DNA of 64,000 bases from Vicugna vicugna (Eukaryota), in assembly GCA_013265495.1 (NCBI GenBank), contig MU058879.1, forward strand, positions 5,632,468 through 5,696,467, written 5' to 3'. Numbering within the stretch: position 1 is the first letter of the stretch; every line of letters starts with the position of its first letter. Both the position numbers and the translations under genes were made by a program. Of this stretch, positions 39,961 to 50,948 are shown piece by piece. The notes beneath the pieces were generated by a model. The model had not been told where the DNA came from, did not search any database, and saw only the letters and a program-made list of their open reading frames with translations.

Positions 39961-40564
39961 AGCTACTGCTTGTAGTAATATACCACCTCTCGATTTAACG
40001 GGGTAGGATAGCATTCCTAAAGGTGTCCTGTAAAAGAATTCCTGAGCCAAAGAAGTTTGGAAAACTGATTTGATGACTTGCTCTTGCTAATGCACAACAC
40101 AACTTAGCATATAAAAGAATCCTCCAAACTGCAGTCCAGAAGCCTACATGTTCATTCCATGAAGCACCCCTGAGGGATCAGCGTTCCAAAGAATTCCTAC
40201 ATGGACTAGGACAAAGTGATGTGAACACTACTGCATGTAACTGTACCTGCCACAGATTCATACATCGTCACCAAGACCTCTTTCTTGGATGCAAAAGTCA
40301 GCTGGCCACTCAGGAGAACAGTTTTTGAACAAGTTGCTCACCTCTTAAGTCTCAGTGTCTACATACACATTCATGATTCTGTCTTGTCGAAAGTAGGAAT
40401 CAGCCTTATTCATCTTTGAATTTCCAACATTTGTCTCAGAGCCCAAAACTTGGTTAGTGCTCAGAGTGTTCATAAGTGGCAGAATGAAGGCTCAGCTCAG
40501 AACCAGACAATGCAAACTGGTGGATCCAGTGAAAACTTACCACCAACGAGCTCAGTCCCACCAA

Positions 40565-40969
40565 TTTTTACTGAGTCTTCTGCAAGCAGACACTGAAATG
40601 GCATTAGGAGTGCCAGAGGATAACCCGGAGGTATTGCCTATGAAAGAGAGAGGCGGGGGGAGCAGGACTGGACACGGAGTGTCTCAGACTGCAATGCGTA
40701 TCTGATACTCAGCCAACCTATTGGGGAGCTCCGAGGGAAACACCATCCTGCAAACAGCAGAAATGGCCAAGCCCTAGTCCCCCTTCCCTCCACCCTCAAT
40801 GTGCTCAGCCACTGGCTGGGGTTGCCCAGAAGAGCTTGGCTTTGGCTCAAATGCAGCCGTGACAGCAGATCCCTAAGTCACTGCACCTGGAGTCTAGCAG
40901 CTACTTCCTCACAGCTGAAAGGGAAGTTCTTCAAGCGAGACCCAGCAGTGCACCTAGGTCATCGCCACG
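40565..40969 (-). mobile_element. LTR16A-type (ERVL) solo LTR
   Basis: gcagacactgaaatggcattaggagtgcc...ctcagactgcaatgc...cagccaacctattggggagctcc...cagaaatggccaagccctagt...gtgctcagccactggctggg...cagcagtgcacctaggtcatcgccac. Confidence 0.7.
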
Positions 40970-41637
40970 GTGAGCCTCTCCCAGGTGCTGACTTAGTAGG
41001 TTCAGAGACAAACAAGGCTTCACTTTTATACTAGACTATAGAATGCTAGGAAAATAAACCACTTATCAATAATGAGTTTAAGAAAACAGTATATGGATAG
41101 TTCTCTAAGGACAGAAAAATCTGCTCTGGGGTGGTTGGTTAATAATGTCTGCCAAAGACAGCAAGTGCACAGACACGTGAACTGGCCATCACTGGCCTAC
41201 CCCATCCCCTCGTCTGGCTCAAGTCTTCCTCACGGTCCAGCTGAAGACTCACGTTTTTCATAGTTTTCTTGAATACTTCTACCCATAAATGTGTCTCCTT
41301 TTCTAACCAGCTACAACGTTTATTTCCTCATCATCATTTGTCACAGAATTTACATTTTATGTTTTCTCCAACAATTGGGTTTCATTCTATTTTATCTAGT
41401 CTCAATGACCAAACTATAAATAACTTGCCAGCAGGGACAATGTCTCATATTTTCTTACCCTGCCCTTTTTAAATAGCCCCACACCACTTAGAATGTTGAG
41501 AAAATGGTAGCTGGCCAGTGTCTACATTGGGTTATATGGACTGATTGAGAAACCTTGCTGATGAAATACAAATGTATTAATTTCCTTCACCATTAACACT
41601 CCAAAAGAAAGGAGTGCACGTCATGCTCAGTTGGGAC

Positions 41638-41663
41638 GTGTGTGTGTGTGTGTGTGTGTGTGT
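41638..41663. repeat. (GT)13 microsatellite
   Basis: Perfect dinucleotide run. Confidence 0.95.
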
Positions 41664-43043
41664 AGTTATATTGTTCTGTTGCCTACATTTCTATAAAAGA
41701 ACCCCAGTACCCACTGGCAGCGTATATGGTGTCTAAGAGGGAAACTAGAGGTTGTAGAAACATTTCTATAACCTCTATCAGCTCCATCCCACCGTCCTCT
41801 GAAGGGTCTAACTTCAGTTTTATAATTTAATGTAAATTTCTCCACAAGCACAACTTTAAGCATCCTGGTCACCTGGACCACTTCCAACAATACGACTATC
41901 ACCAAACCTCACAAACAGAAATTCTGGGGCTGCTGTTTACCTCTGAAGTTCATGCAGATAATAGAGTGTAGTCCCCAGTTCTATTTTCTCCATCAAAATC
42001 CTCCAGGGACTGGTGCAATCAAGTCTACTTCCCCTAAACTCTTCACTCCTGCTATTTTGGTCCCCATCCAGCCTCTCTCCAAGGATCAACTTTTCAGTTA
42101 ACTCTCTACAGAAAGAAACAAAATGGATCAAGGGGAAAAAGTTGAGATGAATTTTTTTTTTTCCCTACAGAGCAGTTTGTCTTCTATTCATCTGGCTTTA
42201 TTTTCCAGAGGAAGAAAGACATTTGCTTTTAAACTTACTAAAGTTGAATCTACTTACTCGAATGAGTTTACCTTTTTTTAATCTTAGCTAAAAGCAGCTT
42301 GCCAGTTCATAACCTTCACAACATCTAAAGTAAGTAAGAGATTTCAGGAAAATCTCTTTAAACTCTATCCCCAAAATTAGTCCTCATCACGTTCCGTATG
42401 TTTACATGTTCATAATTGCCATCCTTACTTTAAAGCTCACTTAAAAGAGCGTCTGAAGGTGAATGAATTGCTGGAGGTCACAGTGAATCTGGGGTGAGTC
42501 AGGAATAGAAGCCAACTGTTTGGATTAGCTGCCCTGTGCTGTAATCACCTCAACAGCATCCCTTCCCACTCACCCCATTATTAGAGACACTTGTCCCAGA
42601 GCCCTGCCCAATTCGTCTCCTATAGAAGGGGCTGCGGACATGCTGAAACCACCCCTCTCGCTTCCCAAATGTGATCCAGACTCATTGCAAAGTCTCCTGA
42701 CCAAGTGAAGTACAGCCACTTGGTCATTTCCAGATCAAACAATCTATTTAGTAAATTGAGAGGCTGTTTTCTTATTTAATATAGAACTTCACTGCAAATG
42801 CTAAACATTTTGCAAAACCAAAGGCGTGGAGTTTTTTTTTTCCCACTGCGCATCTTGCTGCTCTGAGTTCAGTGAGTGCTAGCTACCATTTATTTTGGAA
42901 AATAAACAATTAAGTAGGCAACACAGTATATAAAGCCCATCACAGGGGGAAATGTCAAGTTCTCAGAAGGAGTATTTCATCTCAACCTGGGGTAACACAA
43001 AGACAGCTCAACAGCGGAGTTCTCAGAGAAGATACTAGCCAGG

Positions 43044-43343
43044 TGTTAGGCGTTGAATTGTGTTCCCCTGAAAAAAGATATGTTGAAATCCTAACTCCCA
43101 GTACTCTAGAAATTGACTTTATTTGGTGATAGAGTCTTCACAGAGATAATCAAGTTAAAATGAGGTCATTCAGGTGGACCCTTATCCAACATGACTTGTA
43201 TCCTTATAAATGGGAAATTTTGGACACAGACAGACACAGAGGGAAGATGATGTGAAGACACACAGAGGGAACACCAGGTGAAGTGATGCATCCATCAACC
43301 AAGGACCACCAAAGACTACCAACAAATCTGCCCAAATCTAGGC
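43044..43343 (+). mobile_element. MLT1B/C-type (MaLR) LTR, running into a gap
   Basis: tgttaggcgttgaattgtgttcccc...aagatatgttgaaatcctaac...ttatttggtgatagagtcttcacagagataatcaagttaaaatgaggtcatt...gagggaagatgatgtgaagacac. Confidence 0.85.
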
Positions 43344-43478
43344 NNNNNNNNNNNNNNNNNNNNNNNNNNNNNNNNNNNNNNNNNNNNNNNNNNNNNNNNN
43401 NNNNNNNNNNNNNNNNNNNNNNNNNNNNNNNNNNNNNNNNNNNNNNNNNNNNNNNNNNNNNNNNNNNNNNNNNNNNNN
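43344..43478. other. assembly gap (135 N)
   Basis: Run of N. Confidence 1.
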
Positions 43479-45279
43479 GAAGCAGCCCTACGAAACTAAT
43501 CCACCAGGACGAATAGAAAACAAAGGCACATTCTAGGCAAAGAAGAGAGAAGGGGGACATGTCTAGAGATAAAAAGTTCCCCCATGGCTGGTCTGAGGTC
43601 AGCTGAGGTGAAAACCTGAGAGTGGTGACAGGGGGCTGTGGGGAGGTGGGGAGTAGGGGTCAGAGACCGGCTCTGCATGATGTATTCAGTTTGCCCCTCA
43701 CTGTCAGGGAAACTGTGGAATCTGCAGTGTCTCCACAATGGAGGGAAAAGCTTCTGGATGTTGTATGTTCTGTAGGTCTGCTGATAATCTGTAAACCTCT
43801 GCATTTCCTCTGCAGTGAGCAGCTTGAAGATTCAAAGCTTCTGCTTCAGCACCACATCAAAACTCAGGAAGCTTTCAGGTTCGTCCAGACACCCAGCTCC
43901 TGTTTAAAGAAGACACTGGGATTCTGGAGACAAGCAATGAAATGTCTCAAGGATCCCTCTGAAAATAAATACCCCACAAGTGGACCTTTATTTATGTCCT
44001 GCAATGTCCTTTCCAGTTCCAGGTTTACTCCAGCCAGAAATACAAGACACTACATCAGTTTCATCTACAGGCGGGCAGAACCCACCAGGGGCCACAAGAC
44101 AAGGGGGGCAAAACCCTGACACTCAGCCCACAAAAGCCCCATTGCCTTCCGCTTTATAAAGAAACATGTGAGGCCATCTCCCTGGACCATGCAAACATGT
44201 TGCCTTGGGAGTGGCTAAAATTAGAAGCTTCGATCCTTCTTTGAAATCTTCTCACACTAAAGCAGGTATTTTTAGCAGCCTTCCCATCAAGCCCAGCTCA
44301 ATGCGCTTCCTGCCAGACACCTGAATGGAGAAAAGCTCTGTGGCCTACCAAACTGGGGGAGTCTTGTGAGCGAGGCAAGGCTTCAAAGTGCCACAGCTCA
44401 GCAGAACTGAGAAAGGGAATGGACAGAAGACACCCTTCAGGGAGGCGTGCCGGCACTCCAGGGCTTCCTTTTTCCCTTCGACATGAGTAGATGTCACATT
44501 AGTGACAGGAGCTTCCTTGTGGAAACACAGCAGAGAATGTACGCCAGTGAGGGATCAAACACCCACGATGCTTCAATTTACAGTTTGGGGACCACGTCTG
44601 TTTAGAGAGGAAGTGTCCCATTTCTATTTCTTTATTCAGATTAAACTCCCATTTGAGAGAGCGAAGGCGGGAGGAGAAAGGGCTGGGGGCAGGAAGCTGA
44701 GTGTCCCTCCTCCATCCACACAGGTACTGGGTTTGAACTTTGATGGGCTTTAGTTGTAGTTGGTTCTGCTTGCTTTGTTATCTGTGCATTGAAGCTGAAG
44801 AAATTTAAATGTGGGTAGACCGCCAGGTGCAGCACCCAATTGTACAGCATCTTAACAGCCGTGGGTTTTATTTTAGTATTACAGTAAGTTCTTAGTCGTA
44901 ATAATCTGATCTCACCTTCCCTAGTAGCCCTGGATAGGACTTTCCCGTGAGCCTTTGTCCATAGTTTAGTGAAGAGCTTATCACACTTTATTGTAACTTC
45001 GTGTCATATCTCTCCCAAGGCAATAACTGCTTCTTAATCATTTTGAATCTCCAGCTGCCAGCACAGAATAGATATACCATTAATTCTTCCCAGATTAATG
45101 AATAGTGCACATCTTGGACAACCACAACACGGCCGAGATAAATTTGCCGTTTCAGCTAATCACTGCTTGTCCTGACAGCTGTACCAATAGTTCTGCATGT
45201 GATTGCTGATAGCACAGAGGAGCACAGGGGTGGCCACCCAGAGACTGCGCTCCTGTCCCCCAGTCCCAGGCTTCCCCAC

Positions 45280-45331
45280 CTTGCTCACGTGGAGCTATTG
45301 CTTCCATAAGTCTTGCTCACGTGGAGCTATT
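45280..45331. repeat. perfect 20-bp direct repeat with 12-bp spacer, each copy containing CACGTG
   Basis: cttgctcacgtggagctatt at 45280-45299 and 45312-45331. Confidence 0.95.
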
Positions 45332-46303
45332 TCTTGGAACACAGAAAATACCCAGTGAGGTAAAGCAGCTTAGAAGAGGCTATTTCAAAATAGGGGTGCT
45401 GCAACCATGCAGTGTTTTATATTATGTAGCTGTTTATATTCAGAGTTTAATACCGTATTTGTATAAACTATGCATGCTACACATAATTTCTACTCTTGAT
45501 TTAAATTTGTCCTTTTCAAAACGCAATAAACTTCTTTATGATCATGGTGGCTTGACTTATAATAGTTGGTTTTAGGAATTCAAAGCACTTAATTGGCTTT
45601 TCCATCTACTCACTTAATACCCTTATCATCTAAGAAGATAGGAGGTAAGTCATTGTCTTCATTTGCCCGAGGGGAAAAGAGAGCAGGAGTCAACAAGTTT
45701 GAAAAGCCATGCTCTGGAAGCACTCTGGAATGAACAGAGCAGATTTCAGCACAAGGCTGGTCCATCTCGGCTTCCATCCAAAAAGGGTTTTGCTCGGGAA
45801 GGAGAGTAACACATCTATTACTGAGGAAGCTATGCTCAAACAGCACTTTATTGTCAGAAACTTTATTACCAGAGTTCAAAATATGTGAGGCATTAGGGAC
45901 ATACTCTACTATGTTAGTGAAGGAGCCAATTACGGTCTGATTATATCGTCAATAGTGACTGAAATAATACCAGATGTTTTAAAAAATAAAGTTATGATTC
46001 AGAGAGTCTTATGGAAAAAGGAAGGGTAAAACTTTGCTTTGGAAAATCTGAAAATACAAAAGTTATCAGAGGAGTTTCCAGATGTTGAAAGAAACATGTG
46101 CGAGAAGCGAGCATACAGATGGCCCGATATCCCCGACCTAAAGACCTCCAGCCTCCACCCAGAATCTGAGGACAAGGCACCCAGGAGCACAGCTGGCACT
46201 AAGCCTTCTCAATGTTCCCATAAAGTTAGCCGTCATCCAAGGGGAGAGAGCGTGAGGAAGTGGTGTTAAGTCCAGCGACTCAAGAGACAGAGGATAGTGA
46301 ACG

Positions 46304-46719
46304 TGGTGGGCAGTTTAGATAGAAATGAGCACTGGGCAGGAGAAGAGGAAGGGGAAAGGAGCAATCCAGAAATGTTTGCTTTCCCTAAATGAAGGCCTTT
46401 AAAAGAAGACAGTTAAAATCAAAACGCTGCAGCTGAGCCTGCCCAAGAGGGGTTGGGCATGCCAGGGAGCAGGGAACCTGAGTTGTCAATCAATCAGTCA
46501 ATCACGAAACTAGGATATAAAGACAGGAAAAACACAGGGACGGCGCCATTTTTCCCCTTTTGGATCGGCCCACTCCCAAGTCTCAAGAGTGTACTAATTT
46601 TGTTTTAACTTCACTAATAAAAATCTTGTTTATATCACAGTCTTTGTCTCTTGTCAAAAATTCCTTTTCTTCAGGTGACTAAGAGCCAGGTAATTCTTAT
46701 TTCCCTTTTCCCAGTAGTA
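46304..46719 (+). repeat. 5' LTR
   Basis: Colinear with 50949-51361 (about 85-87% by manual alignment); TATAAA 46516-46521, AATAAA 46616-46621; terminal CA has become TA. Confidence 0.95.
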
Positions 46720-46726
46720 TTAATTT

Positions 46727-46744
46727 TGGTGCTATGACTCAGAT
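46727..46744 (+). promoter_or_regulatory. primer-binding site, tRNA-His
   Basis: tggtgctatgactcagat versus the tRNA-His 3' complement TGGTGCCGTGACTCGGAT: 15/18, and all three differences are transitions at CpGs. Confidence 0.85.
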
Positions 46745-47400
46745 TGAGGGCTTAAAAATCTTTCCTCCTTCATTTCCCTCTCCCTCCCCGAGGCCAGCCA
46801 GCGGAGCACAAGCTCCTGGGGCCGCCTCTGGAGGCTGGACCGAGAAAACAGAGTGTGGTTGGGCAGGGGGGAGGGCAGCCGGGTGCACACGTGGTTGCTC
46901 CAAGCCCTGAGGGCCTGTCGGTGGCAGGTGGCCCTTCTGGTCCCCTGCTAGGCCGATCGCTGCGCCAGGCCAGAGCCGGAGCCCAGAGCCAGGGCACAGG
47001 GCTCAATCCCACTTCCCTCCCGCCCCGCATCCGGAGCTCCCAGTGACGCCGGGCCAGTCAGGCAGCAGGTGGCCCATTTGGGATCCCCTTTTTGGGCAGA
47101 TTGCTGTGCTAGGGTACCGAAGCTACATGCAACCTCCTCTGCCCAGCCACATGCACGCCTGCCCACAGCACGCCTTGTCCCCCTCACCTGCAGGTCTGCG
47201 CTGTGCTGCTCCGCCTCGCCACTCCGCCCTCCAGGGAGCTCCGGGTGGAGCTCAGCAAGGTTACGCCAGAGCCACAATAAACCAATCACCTTTCTTTCTT
47301 GCTCTCAGGTGACCAGCCACTGGCTAAACTGAAGGAGATCACTCCAATCAGACAGCACCCAGCACACAATAAGGCTGTGGCCGTTTCCCACTTTCTGGAG

Positions 47401-47550
47401 GGAGGCTGAGACGTCCGCTTCCATCCCCAAATCAGGACCCTAGGACGCTTGGCGCGGCTGATTCACGGCTACCCTCTAGGATGCATTTGGTTGTGGACAG
47501 AGGCTGAGACGTCAGCCTAGTCCACGGGCCTTTCACCTTAGGACGCTAAG
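47401..47550 (+). other. cluster of four GACG-tetraloop hairpins (putative packaging signal)
   Basis: ggaggctga-GACG-tccgcttcc (47401-47422), cctag-GACG-cttgg (47439-47452), aggctga-GACG-tcagcct (47501-47518, perfect), cttag-GACG-ctaag (47537-47550, perfect). Confidence 0.75.
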
Positions 47551-47587
47551 CTCTGAAAACCCCCTGTATCCCCACCTTGTTTTCCAG

Positions 47588-48894
47588 GTGGGAAGCAAGA
47601 CTCTGTCCCTGCTGGGACTCCTTTGGGCTGTGTGTTGGCCAACTGGGGCCTTTTTAATCTACAAACCCTCAAAGGAAAACACTTACATTCCTTTGTAGTG
47701 CTGCCTGGCCACAGTATCGACTTCCCTGCGAGGAAGCATGGCCTATAAACAGGGGCATAAACTCACCATCTTGTTCCAGCTGGATCTCATCTGCAAGAGA
47801 CAAGGCAAATGGTCTTAAATACCATACGTTCTTATCTTTTACTTACTGAGCAATGATCTAAGGATGTAAGTTAACCACTCAGGCAACGGTTACATCTAAT
47901 AACCTACTGTCCCCGACACCCCCTAGGGAGGGGGACTCTCCTAAACCTACGCCCTGCCCTGCTCTCCCTACCATATACCCTTCGTTTCCCTCAAACTCAG
48001 GAAGGACACTGCCTTTGGCTCCTCCATTACCTCTGATAGCTAAGACCTGCCCCCTGGTAGAAACAGGTAGAGAATTTGGTCCTCAATTCATACATAAGCC
48101 GTTCTCTCTGGTAGAACTGAGACAAATTAAGACTGATCTGGGAAGCTACTCAGATAAACCAGATAAATACACAGAGGCATTCCAGCACCTCACACCTGGA
48201 AAGACATTAGTATTATCCTTGGCCAGACCCTATCTGACACAGAAAAGGAAAAGGGTCTTCAGAGAAGCCAGAAAATAAGACCGGATTCCAGGCAGCCCAA
48301 CAAAGGTTATCGGTTATTCTAAGGTGTTGGCTGTTAGTCAAGAGTCCAGAGAAAATTTCACCTCCTTTTTAGCGCGACTCCTAGAGGCACTTACTAAGTG
48401 TACTAATTTGGACCTCAGCTCGTATGAGAGACAAAGCATCTCAAAGGGTAAGTTTCTCACTCAGTCTGCCCCTGATATTAGATGAAAACTCCAAAAGGGG
48501 ATCCAGGAACCTGGAGTAACTCTTGATGAAATGCTAACCACTGCTGCCACAGTGTTTTATAATCGAAAGCAGATACAAGAGGCCAAGGCTCAGGAGCAGG
48601 AAAGCAGGAAAGCAGGAAGGAGGCCAGGCCTGCCCAGGTGACTGCGGCCCCTCAAGGGCAGCCACCGTCCTGATGTCCCCAGCCCCCAACAGCCCAAGCA
48701 AGTCCACCAATAAGTGCAGCATCTGCCACCGACCTGGTCACTGGGCCAGAGAACATCCCTGCAGGGACAGACCTCCAAGATCTGCCTGCTTTTGGTGTAA
48801 CAAGCAAGATCATTGGATGGCCCTCTGTCCCCTGAGCCAAACGACCCATAGGGGAGAACCGGCCCAAGACCCGCAGATGGTTGTCTGGGACTAA
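47588..48894 (+). pseudogene. gag: ERV gag, frameshifted, with stops and an internal CA deletion
   Basis: Across frameshifts: (M>V)GSKTSVPAGTPLGCVLANW...AWPQY...QLDLICKRQGKWS*IPYV (MA); GREFGPQFIHKPFSLVELRQIKTDLGSYSDKPDKY (CA); MHR SQESRENFTSFLARLLEAL; knuckles CSICHRPGHWAREH (48715-48756) and CFWCNKQDHWMALC (48787-48828); TAA at 48892-48894. Confidence 0.92.
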
Positions 48895-50424
48895 AGAAGC
48901 CCCCTCCAGTCAGCCCCAACACAAGGGTCCCCATCACTTGGCTGGAGCCGTGGGGACAAATGGATGTGGCAGGCAGGACAGTAACTTTCCTTTTGGATAC
49001 TGGGGCCACCTACTCTGTCCTGACTTCCTTCTCCAGACCCTTCTCCTCTAGATCCTGCAGCACACCTGTCCTTCTGGTCATTAAGAAGGATGGAGCCCAG
49101 AGACTAGTCCAAAATTTAAGTCATAAACGCGGCTGTAAGGCCTCTTCATCCCGTGGGTCCACACCGCTGTGTGTCACCGAAAGCATACCTCCCGGAGCCC
49201 AGCGGTCCGTGACCTTAGAGCTAAAGCTGTTTTCTCCCGTGTACCCCGTAGTCCCCAGCCCCAATACTTGCCTGCCTTTCAGTGGGACTCACCCAGTGGG
49301 TATCAACGCCAGCTACCCTGGACAGCACGACCGCAGGAGTTTGGAGACAGTCCTCCCCTCTTTGGGCAAGCTTTGGCCCAGGATTTACAGGGCTTACAGC
49401 CTGAAAAGGGGACTATTCTCCAGTATGTAGGTGACTTACTTATCTGCTCCCTTACTGGAGAGCAGGCCATCCAGCATGCAGTCCAAACTCTTAACTTCTT
49501 GGCTGAGCAGGGATATCAAGTTTCCAGGTCCAAGACCAAAATGGTCAAAGAGGTAACTTATCTAGGAGTTGTCCTGACTCCTGGAAACTGTAGCCTTCCC
49601 CCTGAACAAATTCAGGAAATCTTACAACTCCCTAATCCCACTACTCAGAAATAGCTCAGGGCATTTCTTGGACTAACAGGTTACTGTAGGCTTTGGATCC
49701 CTCACTATGGGTCTGTAGCCCAGCCTCTATGTGACACTTTAAAGGGTAAGGATGACTCAGCACCTCTCCAGTGGGGTCCTTCCCAACACGAAACAATGGA
49801 AGAATTTAAAAGTCTCCTAGCAAGATCCCCGGCTTTGGGGCTTCCAGAACTGACAAGGCCCTTCCCGTTACATGTTCATGAGGGAGGAGGAATCGCCCTG
49901 GGGGTCCTCACCCAATGCTGGGTCCTACCCAACAGCCTATGGGATACCTCTCCAAGTGGCTAGATTCCACTGCTCAAGGCTGGCCTTCCTGCCTAAGAGT
50001 GTTGGGACCCATCTCCACTCTCCTGGAGGAAGCTTTTAAGCTAATTTTGGGGGCCCCTATACAAGCATATGCTAACCACCAAGTTTCTGATCTTTTAAAA
50101 GGTAAGGGAAATTTCTGGGTCTCAGATGCTCAGCTTCTTAAATATCAGGCATTATTATTGGAAAACCCAGATGCCACTGTCTCCATTTGCAGGGCACTCA
50201 ATCCTGCTACACTATTACCTTTCACCTATGTCATGAGACCCTGTCCATTTCTCTAGGAGCTAGAACAGATCTCACCCGCCAACCCCTGGAAAACCCTGAT
50301 GAGAACTGGTTCACCAATGGGAGCCACATATTCTTGTGAACCTCTTAGCGATCTGCGGCTGCTTTCCAAGCAACACTCCGGTGAGACTGTCCCATCGCCC
50401 CAGGGGACTATGGGTCCCTGTTAG
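48895..50424 (+). pseudogene. pol: ERV pro-pol remnant (protease N-half fused to RT; RT, connection, RNaseH start, IN C-terminal end)
   Basis: FLLDTGATYSVL (protease active site, Asp codon 48996); TPVLLVIKKDGAQRLVQNL; PQEFGDSPPLFGQALAQDL...QYVGDLL (YVDD to YVGD, 49424-49435); YLSKWLDSTAQGWPSCLR; PLENPDENWFTNGS (RNaseH D to N); YSCEPLSDLRLL (IN end). Confidence 0.92.
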
Positions 50425-50499
50425 ATAAACCTCTTTTTTAATGTCTACTGGCTCTAACCTTTTCTCTTTTGGGGCCTCCACCAAACTGTTTTAATACTA

Positions 50500-50805
50500 A
50501 TTTAAAATGTCTCTGACATTAGGGTCCCTCTTTTTACTCCTCCTTTAGTTCACTGGACTAACACTCCAACATCTGCCTTCTAAAACCTAAACCAACGGAA
50601 AGCACAGAAATCAACTTTTTTAAGACCCTTGCTTGCCCCTTTCATCCCTTGGCTAGGATTAGCTCTATATATTTGACCTCTTTCTTTTCAACCTTCTTAT
50701 AAAATGTGTTTCTTCTTGTCTAGAGTCAAACGTCAAATGGCTATACAACAAGATGATCAACCAAACAGCCAAGACAGCTTTTTATACAAGCCCCTCAATG
50801 GGGCT
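50500..50805 (+). pseudogene. env: ERV env remnant (TM membrane anchor and cytoplasmic tail; SU and ectodomain deleted)
   Basis: PLLAPFIPWLGLAL...FNLLIKCVSSCLE...KRQMAIQQ...FLYKPL resembles the HERV-W-type TM C-terminus (FNLLVNFVSSRIEAVKLQM...IYRRPL). Confidence 0.7.
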
Positions 50806-50937
50806 TCGCTCCCCACCTGCCCAGTGACAGCCAGCTAGTCTGGGTCCCCAATGAGCCCCATCATCACCCCAGATCAGCAGGAAGTAGCTAGAGCAGCCGT
50901 CGCCCTCTATGTCCCAAAGATTTGGGGTCCTATGACT

Positions 50938-50947
50938 AGAGAGGGGA
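50938..50947 (+). promoter_or_regulatory. polypurine tract
   Basis: agagagggga one base before the 3' LTR TG; preceded by the ERV1-type motif cagcaggaagtagctagagc. Confidence 0.85.
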
Positions 50948-50948
50948 T

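Noticed and set aside
8020-43560. Long ORFs containing X runs (8020-8484, 15235-15576, 18636-19110, 20770-21028, 43204-43560)
   Set aside because: They only span N-gaps.
43622-44119. 165-aa ORF, the longest gap-free non-ERV ORF
   Set aside because: No recognisable motif, non-ATG start and no convincing splice signals.
45280-45331. Repeat-spacer-repeat resembling a CRISPR unit
   Set aside because: Only two units, a 12-bp spacer, a mammalian context and no cas genes.
49169-50256. 161-aa and 113-aa RT-derived ORFs as possibly co-opted proteins
   Set aside because: Catalytic YVDD is YVGD, RNaseH Asp is Asn, and frameshifts and stops flank both ORFs; consistent with neutral decay.
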